A DNA stretch of 64,000 nt from Candidatus Caldarchaeum sp. (GTDB lineage Archaea; Thermoproteota; Nitrososphaeria_A; Caldarchaeales; Caldarchaeaceae): contig JAVQUC010000001.1 of assembly GCA_033580815.1 (NCBI GenBank), forward strand, positions 93,259 through 157,258. Reading direction: 5' to 3'. How positions within the stretch are numbered: position 1 is the stretch's first letter; every line of letters starts with the position of its first letter. Below are positions 1-9,046 of this stretch, one piece after another. The notes under the pieces are model-generated. The model worked only from the letters and a program-made list of their open reading frames with translations. It ran no database searches and had not been told where the DNA came from. Both the position numbers and the translations under genes were made by a program.

Positions 1-1565
1 CTCACCTCGATGTCCGTTGGCCCATCGACTGCTCGCCTCTCTCTGGCCAGCAGGCTCTGCCCCGAGTACAAGTCGATGATGATTTCGGCTGGAAGTTCGA
101 GTTCGATTTCCAGAGGTGCTGAACTCGTGAAGCCCTCGAACAGCACTTTCTCTAGGCTGCGGACAATCGTCTTAAGGTTTTCGATCGGTCTGCCGAGGGA
201 ATCGGTGACGATTACCCGGACAGGGAAATTCACCGACTGAAGTCTTATCGTCTCCGTCCCCTCTTTAAGCTCGATGATCCTGCGGAAAACGGTCGTTTGC
301 TTATATATGATTGATACATCGTTGGCTCCCGGGAAAACTTCAGCTGATGCCACACCGTTTACCGATGACGCATTAACTGTTCGGCCTGTCACTTGGTCCT
401 TCACGACAACGACCACGTTTGAGAGGGGTGTTTCTCGGTAATCTAGGATGTTGAAGACGATTCTCTGGAGAGGGAGGGTTATCTGTTTGGTGGTTTTCGG
501 CTCGTTCAATGTCAGTCGTTCGACAAGTAGCCTTGTTCTGCCTCTGAAGACGGATATCTGATACTCTTGAACGCGGCTGGAAGTAGGAATAAGGCCCACG
601 CTGAAAATTCCATTGCTATCAGTGAGTCCGCTGCTGAAGTTTCCGTAACCAGCAGCTCCTACCAGAATGCCGATTCCCTTCATGGGTTGGTTGGATGGGT
701 CAACGACGATGACGATCAACTCTGCGAGGTCTGTTTTCAACACGATCTCAGCGTCTGATTCGATATTGACGATGGAGGAATGTACTAAAACGTCCTTTTC
801 ACCTAAGTTGACCCTGAACGAGGCGTTGTATTTGCCCACGACCTGAGTGCTTATCAGTCGAGATACTTGGCCGACGCCTCGCTGTATTTCGACCGTTTGA
901 GAGTAGTTCCCCGACGATAGACTCAACGAGCCGTCGATCTCAGCTCTCCTGCCGCCGATGTCGGTCATCGTGAAGTTAACGTTGACTAGCTTAGCTTCCA
1001 GTTCAACGAACTCTGAAAAACTTTGAACAAATCTTTCAGCCACACCCACAGCAAAACCATCTTTAACGACCGCTAGCTTGTAGAGCCCACCGATAGACGG
1101 AACGGTTGAGAAAGGAACGTCGGTAAAAACAGCATACCCTGATGAATTGGTCCTCTGCAACGATGATATTGCCCCGTTTGGCGAAGTAAGGTTCACCAAA
1201 ATGTTCTGCACGAATCGTTTCGAAACATCTGTCACTTTCACGGTCAATGCCGCTAATGGTGCTGTAACCGAGACAAAGTTTGTGTCGGGGAATTCGACCG
1301 TTCTCTTGATTAGCTCGATGTTCCGCAGTGAAACCGTGATGTCGTAAGTTCCGGGGCTCAGCTGCCGGAAAACCGCGTATCCGGAAGCATTAGTCACCGA
1401 GGTTTCCCTGAAGTTTTCTGCTTGCACCGAAACTGTGAGACCGGGCTTGGGTGTTCCGTCGCCAGATAGGACCAACACAACAAGAGAATTGGTTTCCTGC
1501 TGAGAGGATGCAGTGGGAGTGATAACGAGCATCAAGGCTATCAGCAGCAAGATGATGGCCTTCAT
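1..1565 (-). CDS. secreted/surface protein with tandem CarboxypepD_reg-like beta-sandwich repeats (partial; C-terminal part runs off the window)
   Basis: Absent from the ORF track because it is open at the window edge. Reverse complement from ATG 1565-1563 reads MKAIILLLIALMLVITPTASSQQ (signal peptide). It continues with repeated modules such as NASGYAVFRQLSPGTYDITVS and NSSGYAVFTDVPF. The frame stays open to position 1. Confidence 0.7.
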   Translation of the reverse strand, partial: MKAIILLLIALMLVITPTASSQQETNSLVVLVLSGDGTPKPGLTVSVQAENFRETSVTNASGYAVFRQLSPGTYDITVSLRNIELIKRTVEFPDTNFVSVTAPLAALTVKVTDVSKRFVQNILVNLTSPNGAISSLQRTNSSGYAVFTDVPFSTVPSIGGLYKLAVVKDGFAVGVAERFVQSFSEFVELEAKLVNVNFTMTDIGGRRAEIDGSLSLSSGNYSQTVEIQRGVGQVSRLISTQVVGKYNASFRVNLGEKDVLVHSSIVNIESDAEIVLKTDLAELIVIVVDPSNQPMKGIGILVGAAGYGNFSSGLTDSNGIFSVGLIPTSSRVQEYQISVFRGRTRLLVERLTLNEPKTTKQITLPLQRIVFNILDYRETPLSNVVVVVKDQVTGRTVNASSVNGVASAEVFPGANDVSIIYKQTTVFRRIIELKEGTETIRLQSVNFPVRVIVTDSLGRPIENLKTIVRSLEKVLFEGFTSSAPLEIELELPAEIIIDLYSGQSLLARERRAVDGPTDIEV

Positions 1566-1591
1566 TTGTTTCACGGTCCTTGGCCTCGTTT

Positions 1592-2032
1592 TTAAATTTG
1601 AATGTTAAGACGAGCTCTCAAATATTTGTCCGCCTCCATTAGCGTTTCCTTGGCGGTTTTGAAGGTCAGCTTCTCCAGAGCTTTTTCGAGAGGTAGCCAG
1701 ACGTAGTCTAGGTGCTCAGGTGAAAGCGTGACATTTTTTTCGATGGCTTCGCCTAGGTAGAACACTACTTCTTTCCTCACCAAACGACCTTCCTTCATGA
1801 ACATGTAGTTTATGACTTTGCGGAAGCCGTCTATAATCTGGAGTTCGTTTAACCCTGTCTCTTCACGGACTTCCCGCAAAACGGCTTGGATTTCGGATTC
1901 ATTCTTTTCTATGTGTCCCTTTGGAAAATCCCAGTGTCCGGCACCATACTTCAGCAGCAGATATTCAACCCCGTTCTCTTCCCTATGATAAATTACTGCT
2001 CCGGCGCTTCGCTCATCAACCCTCGACTTCAA
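1592..2032 (-). CDS. NUDIX hydrolase
   Basis: 146-aa ORF with Nudix box GHWDFPKGHIEKNESEIQAVLREVREETGL. Confidence 0.85.
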   Translation of the reverse strand: MKSRVDERSAGAVIYHREENGVEYLLLKYGAGHWDFPKGHIEKNESEIQAVLREVREETGLNELQIIDGFRKVINYMFMKEGRLVRKEVVFYLGEAIEKNVTLSPEHLDYVWLPLEKALEKLTFKTAKETLMEADKYLRARLNIQI

Positions 2033-2095
2033 CCCGTAGAACCAAAAGAAGCGATCGATATATGCTTAAATTTGCTTTCGTTAGTTTTTGAATAA

Positions 2096-2989
2096 ATGCA
2101 GTCGCTCCGCAAACCAGAATGGATAAAGACTAGGATTCCCGGGTTCGGGGCATATCCATCAGTAAAAACAGTTCTCAGGAAACACATGCTTCACACCGTA
2201 TGTGAAGAGGCTCTATGTCCGAACATCGGCGAATGCTGGGGCGGCGGGACCGCCACGATTATGATTCTCGGCGACATATGTACAAGGGGATGCAGGTTTT
2301 GCGCGGTCAAGACCGGACATCCCCAAGGGATCCATGACCCGCACGAGCCGGAGAACGTTTCCCGTGCCGTTGATGAGTTGAATCTAAAATACGTTGTTCT
2401 GACTTCGGTTTGTAGGGATGATTTACCTGATGGAGGAGCTTCGGTCTACGCGGAAACTGTCAGAAAAATTAAGGAAAGGAGAAAGGATGTGTTGGTCGAG
2501 GTTCTTATCCCTGATTTTGACGGAGTCACTGAGAACATCAAAAAAGTGGTTGACGCAAAGCCTGACGTAGTCGCCCACAACGTCGAAACAGTGAGACGGC
2601 TAACCCCTTTGGTTCGCGACAGACGAGCATCTTTCGATAAATCGCTAAAAGTCCTTCAAACAGTAAAAGACCTGAACCCCAAAGTTTACACCAAGTCATC
2701 CATTATGGTGGGTCTGGGAGAAACAGTGGAAGAAGTTTTGAACGCGTTAGCGGATTTGCGTCGAGTCGGCGTTGATTTTGTCACAATAGGACAATACCTA
2801 CGTCCTACGTTGAATCATCTTCCAGTCAAGGAATACGTTCATCCCGACGTCTTCAAATTTTATGAGGCTGAGGCCTTGAAGATGGGCTTCAAATACGCCG
2901 CATCTGGCCCTCTCGTCAGAAGCAGCTACCGAGCCGGAGAATATTTCATAACTTCTGTTCTGAAGGGTGAAAAAGATGGCCTTGCTTAA
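2096..2989 (+). CDS. lipA: lipoyl synthase
   Basis: 297 aa. Radical-SAM CTRGCRFC motif plus the N-terminal [12 protein letters not shown] auxiliary-cluster motif. Confidence 0.9.
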   Translation: MQSLRKPEWIKTRIPGFGAYPSVKTVLRKHMLHTVCEEALCPNIGECWGGGTATIMILGDICTRGCRFCAVKTGHPQGIHDPHEPENVSRAVDELNLKYVVLTSVCRDDLPDGGASVYAETVRKIKERRKDVLVEVLIPDFDGVTENIKKVVDAKPDVVAHNVETVRRLTPLVRDRRASFDKSLKVLQTVKDLNPKVYTKSSIMVGLGETVEEVLNALADLRRVGVDFVTIGQYLRPTLNHLPVKEYVHPDVFKFYEAEALKMGFKYAASGPLVRSSYRAGEYFITSVLKGEKDGLA

Positions 2990-3950
2990 CATGGCCCAAG
3001 CGCTGAATTTGGCTTTGAAAGAGGAAATGTTGAGAGATGAAAGGGTTGTAGTGTTGGGGGAAGACGTGGGAAAACGGGGAGGTGTATTCCTTATAACGGA
3101 AGGGCTTTACGAAATGTTCGGGCCGGAGAGGGTCATCGACACACCACTGTCGGAGGCGGCCATAATTGGTGTGGCCGCCGGCATGGCGATGAATGGTTTG
3201 AGACCAGTGGCTGAAATTCAGTTCGCCGACTTCATATTCGGCGGATTCGACCAGTTGGTTTCAAACGTCGCAAAAATCCGATACAGAACGGGTGGACAAT
3301 TTTCGGTCCCGCTGGTCGTTCGCGCACCGGTTGGCGGCGGAGTCAGAGGTGGAATGTTCCACAGCCAAAGTCCTGAGGCCTACTTCATCCATACTCCCGG
3401 TCTGAAGGTAGTTTCGCCCTCGACACCTTATGATGCAAAGGGCCTGCTCATTTCCTCCATTAGAGATGAAGACCCCGTGATTTTTTTCGAGCCCAAACGC
3501 ATATACAGGTCCTTCAGGCAGGAAGTGCCCGAAGGAGATTACACTGTTCCGTTGGGTGAAGCTCGATTGGCACGGGAGGGCTCTGACGTCTCTATCATAA
3601 CCTATGCAGCGACCGTTTATGATTGCCTAAGCGCCGCGGAAAAAGCCAAGGCCGAGGGCATCGACTGCGAAGTTGTTGATTTGAGGACTCTTCTACCTTT
3701 CGACAAAAACATGGTCGAAAAAACCGTCAGGAAAACTGGGAGGGTAGTCATCGTTCACGAGGCCCCAAGGACGTGCGGGTTTGGCGCGGAACTGGCGGCC
3801 TTCATCGCTGAAAGACTTTTGCTCAGCCTCGAGGCCCCGATCATCCGAGTCACGGGATACGACACACCGTTTCCGTTCGCACACGAACACCACTACATGC
3901 CAAACGAAACGCGAATCTTGAATGCGGTGAAAAAATCCTTCTCCTTCTAG
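2967..3950 (+). CDS. 2-oxoacid (pyruvate/branched-chain) dehydrogenase E1 component beta subunit
   Basis: 327 aa with VVVLGEDVG and [20 protein letters not shown], a transketolase-like Pyr plus C-terminal domain pattern. Start is ambiguous: GTG 2967, ATG 2976, or ATG 2991 right after the lipA stop. Confidence 0.85.
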   Translation: MKKMALLNMAQALNLALKEEMLRDERVVVLGEDVGKRGGVFLITEGLYEMFGPERVIDTPLSEAAIIGVAAGMAMNGLRPVAEIQFADFIFGGFDQLVSNVAKIRYRTGGQFSVPLVVRAPVGGGVRGGMFHSQSPEAYFIHTPGLKVVSPSTPYDAKGLLISSIRDEDPVIFFEPKRIYRSFRQEVPEGDYTVPLGEARLAREGSDVSIITYAATVYDCLSAAEKAKAEGIDCEVVDLRTLLPFDKNMVEKTVRKTGRVVIVHEAPRTCGFGAELAAFIAERLLLSLEAPIIRVTGYDTPFPFAHEHHYMPNETRILNAVKKSFSF

Positions 3951-3952
3951 GT

Positions 3953-5341
3953 GTGGCCGAAATGAGCTACCAAGCAGTCGTCATAGGAGGAGGGCCGGGC
4001 GGATACGTTGCCGCTATCCGACTTGCTCAACTCGGTGTAAAGACCATTCTCGTCGAAAGGGAAGAGCTAGGTGGAGAATGCACAAATTGGGGCTGCATTC
4101 CAAGCAAACACCTAATCGGACAGGCGAAGAAGATCTGGTCCATCAGGGAGATGGCGTCTAAACAGTTGGTTCAGGCATCTGTTTCCGTTGACATGCCAAG
4201 AATCTGCGAATCGACGAAGCTCATTATCCAGAGACTGAGGCAGGGAATTGCCTATCTTCTGAAGGCGAACGGAGTAACAATCATGAAGGGAGAAGCGGTC
4301 GTTCCGACACCTGGCAGAGTGTTAATTCGAACAAGCGGGGTTGAACACGAGATAGCAACGCAAAACATCATTATTGCTACGGGCACGGAGCCCGCAACGC
4401 TGCCGGCCATGCCGTTCGACGGGAAAAAGATCATCGACTATAGAAGGGCTCTATTCCTCGAGCAGATTCCCGAAAACCTTCTTGTTGTCGGAGGGGGGGC
4501 GGTGGGCTTGGAGCTGGGCACCGCCTACGCCCATCTCGGCGCCCGAGTTACCATCGTAGAAATTATGGACCAGGTTTTGCCAGGTTTCGACTCCGACGCT
4601 GCACGTCTCATCAAGAGGAGCCTAGAAAAAATTGGCGTGAAAACATACACCAAAACTACGGTTTCATCATATTCGTATGTCGGCAACCGTGTTGAGGTGG
4701 TTTTTTCAAATGGCGAAAGAGGGGTTTACGACTTTGTGTTGGTGTCTGTCGGCAAACGTGCCTCATCATGGACGAAGAATTTGGTGGAGATAGGAGTCAA
4801 TGTTGACGAAAAAGGATACATAAAGACAGACGGTCGGATGGCTACGTCGGTCAAAGGAATATACGCAGTCGGAGACGTAACCGGTCCTCCGTTCCTTGCC
4901 CATAAGGCATATCGACAAGGAATAGTTGCCGCTGAGGCCATCGCTGGGATGGATACGAGGTTTGACGGCCTTGTTCCCTACGGTGTGTTCACTTCGCCTG
5001 AGGTTGCGTTCGTTGGCCTGAGCGCATCCGCCGCGAAAGAAATGGGCTATGAGGTTATGGAAGCCAGGTTTCCGTACTCTGCTCTAGGCAGGGCCATCAC
5101 GGATGGCGAGGACGGATTCGTCAAACTCGTGGCCGAACGGAAGAGTGGCCGCCTGCTTGGGGCTGTAGTCGTAGGCCCCCATGCGACCGAAACAATATCG
5201 GCTATCACCAACATCATCCAGACCGGTGGAACCATCGAAAAAGCATCCCAGACCATTTACATCCATCCAACCTACTCAGAAGCAGTAGGCGAGGCCCTTC
5301 ATATTCTCGACAAAAGGGCAATCCACTATGTCACCAAATGA
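3953..5341 (+). CDS. lpdA: dihydrolipoyl dehydrogenase (E3)
   Basis: 462 aa. FAD fold VIGGGPGG, redox disulfide GGECTNWGCIPSK, NAD fold VVGGGAVGLE, C-terminal HPTYSE interface motif. Confidence 0.9.
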   Translation: MAEMSYQAVVIGGGPGGYVAAIRLAQLGVKTILVEREELGGECTNWGCIPSKHLIGQAKKIWSIREMASKQLVQASVSVDMPRICESTKLIIQRLRQGIAYLLKANGVTIMKGEAVVPTPGRVLIRTSGVEHEIATQNIIIATGTEPATLPAMPFDGKKIIDYRRALFLEQIPENLLVVGGGAVGLELGTAYAHLGARVTIVEIMDQVLPGFDSDAARLIKRSLEKIGVKTYTKTTVSSYSYVGNRVEVVFSNGERGVYDFVLVSVGKRASSWTKNLVEIGVNVDEKGYIKTDGRMATSVKGIYAVGDVTGPPFLAHKAYRQGIVAAEAIAGMDTRFDGLVPYGVFTSPEVAFVGLSASAAKEMGYEVMEARFPYSALGRAITDGEDGFVKLVAERKSGRLLGAVVVGPHATETISAITNIIQTGGTIEKASQTIYIHPTYSEAVGEALHILDKRAIHYVTK

Positions 5342-6005
5342 AATCATCTTCATAGACCTTGGAACGGTCGAATACGGTCTATGCCATAGGCTTATGCTTA
5401 AACTGCTAGAGGAACGCGTGGCCAATGAAATCGGAGACACAGTCCTGCTTCTTGAACACCAAGATGTTTACACGTTAGGCCGTCGCGGAAGGGACGAGAA
5501 CATCTTCGACAGGTCTATCCCGGTTTACAAGGTAGAAAGAGGGGGAGACGCAACGTATCATGGCCCAGGACAGCTGGTCGTCTACCCCATCGTGAGCCTG
5601 GCAGAGCTCAAACTTGGAGTGGCCGAATTCGTCAACCTGCTCGAAGAAGCAACCATCAGAACCTTGGCCGACTTCTCGATTTCGGCTGGCAGGGTCGAGG
5701 GGAAGCCGGGAGTGTGGGTAACACAGCGAAAGATCGCCTCGATTGGGCTGGCGGTAAAAAACTGGGTCACCTACCACGGCTTAGCACTCAACGTAAACAC
5801 CGACCTCTCCAAGTTCGACGGAATCCGTCCATGCGGAATGGAAAGCCATGTAATGACTTCGATGGCACGAATCAAGGGAGAAAGCCTGAACATCTCCGAC
5901 GTGAAGAAAAGTTTAATTGTCCATTTCTCGTCGCTGCTGGGAAAAAAGCCCGCGTACCTCAAAAAAACAGCTGAGGAGGTTTTGGAAACCGCAAAAGTTA
6001 TTTAA
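5328..6005 (+). CDS. lipB: octanoyl/lipoyl transferase LipB
   Basis: 225 aa with the RGGDATYHGPGQLVVYP motif. Overlaps the lpdA 3' end by 14 nt. Confidence 0.85.
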   Translation: MSPNEIIFIDLGTVEYGLCHRLMLKLLEERVANEIGDTVLLLEHQDVYTLGRRGRDENIFDRSIPVYKVERGGDATYHGPGQLVVYPIVSLAELKLGVAEFVNLLEEATIRTLADFSISAGRVEGKPGVWVTQRKIASIGLAVKNWVTYHGLALNVNTDLSKFDGIRPCGMESHVMTSMARIKGESLNISDVKKSLIVHFSSLLGKKPAYLKKTAEEVLETAKVI

Positions 6006-6009
6006 ATCC

Positions 6010-6016
6010 TTATAAA
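6010..6016 (+). promoter_or_regulatory. TATA box (TTATAAA) for tbp; leaderless spacing
   Basis: TTATAAA is centred about 26 nt upstream of the tbp ATG at 6039. Confidence 0.5.
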
Positions 6017-6038
6017 GTATTTAAACGGCTTTATAAAC

Positions 6039-6602
6039 ATGGCGAAAGGCCCGCCGCCGAAAGTTGAGATACAAAACGTCGTCTCCAGTGTTACTCTTTT
6101 TCAAAGGCTTGACCTTGCACAAGTACAGAGAACTTTTCCCGACGTGGAGTACAAGCCGGCCCAGTTCCCGGGCCTCGTTTTCAGGCTTGCAAAACCGAAG
6201 ACAGCCACGCTGATCTTTAGCAGCGGGAAGATGGTTTGCACGGGGGCCAAAAGCGAAGAAGAGTCCATAAGGGCAGTCAGGACCGTGGTGAAAGCATTGA
6301 AGAAGGAGGGGTTCGTCATCCGTGAAGAGCCCCAGATCGAGATTCAAAACATCGTGGCATCAATCGACCTTCACGGACGGATTGACTTGGAAAAGGCGGC
6401 GACGACGCTTGAGAACGTGATGTACGAGCCGGAGCAGTTCCCCGGTTTAATTTACAGGATGATGAGCCCGAAAGTCGTCATTCTGATGTTTGCCAGCGGA
6501 AAACTAGTGTGCACGGGCGCGAAATACGAGAAAGATGTTTACGAGGCGGTCGCAAAGCTTCAAGAGCTTCTCGAAGAAAAGCAATTGATTACCTACGACT
6601 AG
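6039..6602 (+). CDS. tbp: TATA-box binding protein
   Basis: 187 aa with two TBP repeats: QFPGLVFRL..TATLIFSSGKMVCTGAKS and QFPGLIYRM..VVILMFASGKLVCTGAK. Confidence 0.95.
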   Translation: MAKGPPPKVEIQNVVSSVTLFQRLDLAQVQRTFPDVEYKPAQFPGLVFRLAKPKTATLIFSSGKMVCTGAKSEEESIRAVRTVVKALKKEGFVIREEPQIEIQNIVASIDLHGRIDLEKAATTLENVMYEPEQFPGLIYRMMSPKVVILMFASGKLVCTGAKYEKDVYEAVAKLQELLEEKQLITYD

Positions 6603-7396
6603 GAAGGGAAGAACAATTTCAAAACTGGAAGGATTTTTACAGGTTCCGCTCCTAGTATCTTGATGTAAACGGCCACCATGAAAAGAGCCAACACAACAAT
6701 CAAAAATCCAAAATCCTTCATGCGTATTTTGAGAGTTTTCAAACTAGTTCTTTTCTTACTCGCTCCGAAACATTTCACTTCCATTGCTTCAGCCAATTCA
6801 TACGACCTTCTGATGACGTTCACGAGCAGTGGAACGAATATTGGGATAAGGTTTTTTATTCTTCTTGTGATGGGGCCTTTGTCAAGTTCAAGGCCTCTTG
6901 CTCTTTGAGCATCCATCACGGCTTTCAGCTCCTCCGCCATGACCGGTGTGAAACGGATGGCTGAAACAAAGGCGAAGGTGTATTCGTAGGGAAGTTTTAA
7001 ACGTTGCAGAGTCAAGGCGATTTCGTCGGGTGTTGTCGTCAAGAAAAAAAGAGAGAATGAAGAGAGGAAAACGATAAGCCTCATCGAATAGGCGAAAGAA
7101 TATCCTAACGCGACTGCTACTTCTGGTTCTCTGCTGTACTGCGTGAAGAAAGTTATTACGAACACTAACGAAGCCAAGGGCAAGGCTCCCCTTAGCGTTC
7201 TCAGCCATAGGCTTTGAACCTTCGCTGAAAAGATAACGACCGCCTCGAGAAGAAGCAGAGTCGAAACCACAACCACATCCACGAAAATCACGGCCGTCGT
7301 CAGAATGAGCAGCGACGCAAACAACTTCACCCTTGGGTCAAGCCTGTGAACAAAACTATCACCAGGCCTGAAACGTAGGCCTTCGAAAAGGCTCAC
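6599..7396 (-). CDS. ecfT: ECF transporter transmembrane (T) component, CbiQ/EcfT family
   Basis: 265-aa multi-TM protein directly downstream of two ECF-type ATPases, with a 4-nt overlap. Contains the cytoplasmic coupling region AEELKAVMDAQRARG. Confidence 0.75.
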   Translation of the reverse strand: MSLFEGLRFRPGDSFVHRLDPRVKLFASLLILTTAVIFVDVVVVSTLLLLEAVVIFSAKVQSLWLRTLRGALPLASLVFVITFFTQYSREPEVAVALGYSFAYSMRLIVFLSSFSLFFLTTTPDEIALTLQRLKLPYEYTFAFVSAIRFTPVMAEELKAVMDAQRARGLELDKGPITRRIKNLIPIFVPLLVNVIRRSYELAEAMEVKCFGASKKRTSLKTLKIRMKDFGFLIVVLALFMVAVYIKILGAEPVKILPVLKLFFPS

Positions 7397-8157
7397 ACCC
7401 CAATCACCCGCAAAACCTCTTTGGCCGCTTCATCAAGATCAAGGATTCTGAAATTCACCCCGAGGTCTTCGATTTTCTTCAAAGCCGCAACGACTTGAGG
7501 CGGGAGGACGGATGCCTGTTCGAGCTTGGGAATGTCCGTCAGGATCTCTTCACAGTCTCCGTCTGCAATAATTCGGCCTTTTGAAAGAAGAATCACCCGA
7601 GGCTTCAAATCAACGACGAATTCTACGTCGTGCGTCGCCAACACAACAGTCCTGCCCTGGAGGTTCAACATCTTTATCATGTGTCTCATCTTCTCTTTTT
7701 GGATACTGTCTTGTCCGATCGTGGGCTCATCGAGGCAGACTATGCTTGGACCCCATGCAAGAATTATCGCCATGGCTAAACGTTTCTTCTCTCCTCCGCT
7801 AAGCAAGAACGGCGACTGGTTGAGATAGGGTTCTAGCTCGAAAAACTTGACTGCCCAGTCGACCCTTTTACGGATTTTCTCCTCTTCGTAGCCGAAGTTG
7901 CGGAGAGCAAAAGCTACCTCGTCGTACACTGTAGATTCGAAGAACATTTCTTCCGCGTTTTGGAAAACTAGTCCAGCTTTCTGGGACAGCTCGGCGACGG
8001 ATGCTTTGGAGGTTTCGATTCCTTCAACAATTACCTTTCCATGTGTGGGTTTAAAAAGTCCGTTGATGTGTTTGAGAAACGTAGTTTTCCCAGAGCCGTT
8101 CTCACCCATCAACGCGATGATTTCGCCTGGCTGAAACTCAACCGATACACCATTCAA
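7393..8157 (-). CDS. ecfA: ECF transporter ATPase (second ABC subunit); start unresolved
   Basis: Walker A GENGSGKTT, signature LSGGEKKRL, Walker B IVCLDEPT, H-loop ATHD. TTG 8157 is the first canonical start. ABC homology (SVVFEDVHYVYPSKVRA) continues in frame upstream to 8211 (see findings). Confidence 0.8.
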   Translation of the reverse strand: MNGVSVEFQPGEIIALMGENGSGKTTFLKHINGLFKPTHGKVIVEGIETSKASVAELSQKAGLVFQNAEEMFFESTVYDEVAFALRNFGYEEEKIRKRVDWAVKFFELEPYLNQSPFLLSGGEKKRLAMAIILAWGPSIVCLDEPTIGQDSIQKEKMRHMIKMLNLQGRTVVLATHDVEFVVDLKPRVILLSKGRIIADGDCEEILTDIPKLEQASVLPPQVVAALKKIEDLGVNFRILDLDEAAKEVLRVIGV

Positions 8158-8194
8158 CGCACGAACTTTGGAGGGATATACATAATGAACGTCT

Positions 8195-9043
8195 TCAAAG
8201 ACGACTGATAAGCTTCCTCACCTCCTGCTCAAATTCTTCCGTGCTAAGACAAAGCGTATTCCACTCTTTGACAAGTGTTTTAACCTTCCTACTGAGAAGA
8301 AGTACCTTTGGGGTGGATACTCCGTAGGTATGAGAGTCGTGTTCTTCGAAGAATTTCCTAGGCGGCCCTTTGAAAAGTAGTTTACCGTCTGCTATGACTA
8401 ACATTTTGTTAGCTTTTGAAGCTGCTATGTCGACTCGGTGTTCGACGAGAACGATTGTCAAACCAAGTTTTTGTCTTATGTTGTCTATGCTGTTGAAGAG
8501 CGACAGGCTCGATACCGGGTCGAGGAATGAAGTCGGCTCGTCGAGGACGATGATTTTCGGTTTCATCGCGAGGACGGAAGCGATGGCGACCCTTTGTTGC
8601 TGGCCTCCGGAAAGTTCGAAAGGCGACCTCTCGCGGAGATGCTCAATATTCATAATTGACAAAACTTCTTCAACCCTCGAGGATATTTCTTCCCTTGGGA
8701 GGCCCAAGTTTTCCAGTGGGAAAGCCACGTCCGCTTCAACGGATAGTGAGAACAGCTGGTTCTGTGGGTTCTGGAAAACCATTCCAACGACTTGGGACAG
8801 TTTGTAGGTCGGTGTTTTATCGGCCTCATATCCGTCGACTATGACTTTTCCGCTGTATTCTCCTTCGTAGAACTGAGGAATCAACCCGTTTAGGCATCTG
8901 CAAAGGGTGGACTTTCCCCCGCCGCTTGGCCCAACCACGAGGACGAAATCACCCGGGTCAATCTCGAGGTTGATGTCGGAAAGGGCTGGTTTCTGGCTTC
9001 CCGCATACCTGAAAGATAGGTTTCTGACCTCGACGAGCGACAT
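8195..9043 (-). CDS. ecfA: ECF transporter ATPase (first ABC subunit)
   Basis: 282 aa. Walker A GPSGGGKST, signature LSGGQQQRV, Walker B IIVLDEPTS, H-loop VEHR. Confidence 0.85.
   Translation of the reverse strand: MSLVEVRNLSFRYAGSQKPALSDINLEIDPGDFVLVVGPSGGGKSTLCRCLNGLIPQFYEGEYSGKVIVDGYEADKTPTYKLSQVVGMVFQNPQNQLFSLSVEADVAFPLENLGLPREEISSRVEEVLSIMNIEHLRERSPFELSGGQQQRVAIASVLAMKPKIIVLDEPTSFLDPVSSLSLFNSIDNIRQKLGLTIVLVEHRVDIAASKANKMLVIADGKLLFKGPPRKFFEEHDSHTYGVSTPKVLLLSRKVKTLVKEWNTLCLSTEEFEQEVRKLISRL
8218..8225 (-). promoter_or_regulatory. Shine-Dalgarno GGAGGTGA upstream of the second ecfA
   Basis: Perfect complement to an archaeal 16S 3' end. It lies 6 nt upstream of the TTA codon (8211-8209) that opens the conserved N-terminus. 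Confidence 0.5.
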
Positions 9044-9046
9044 TTC

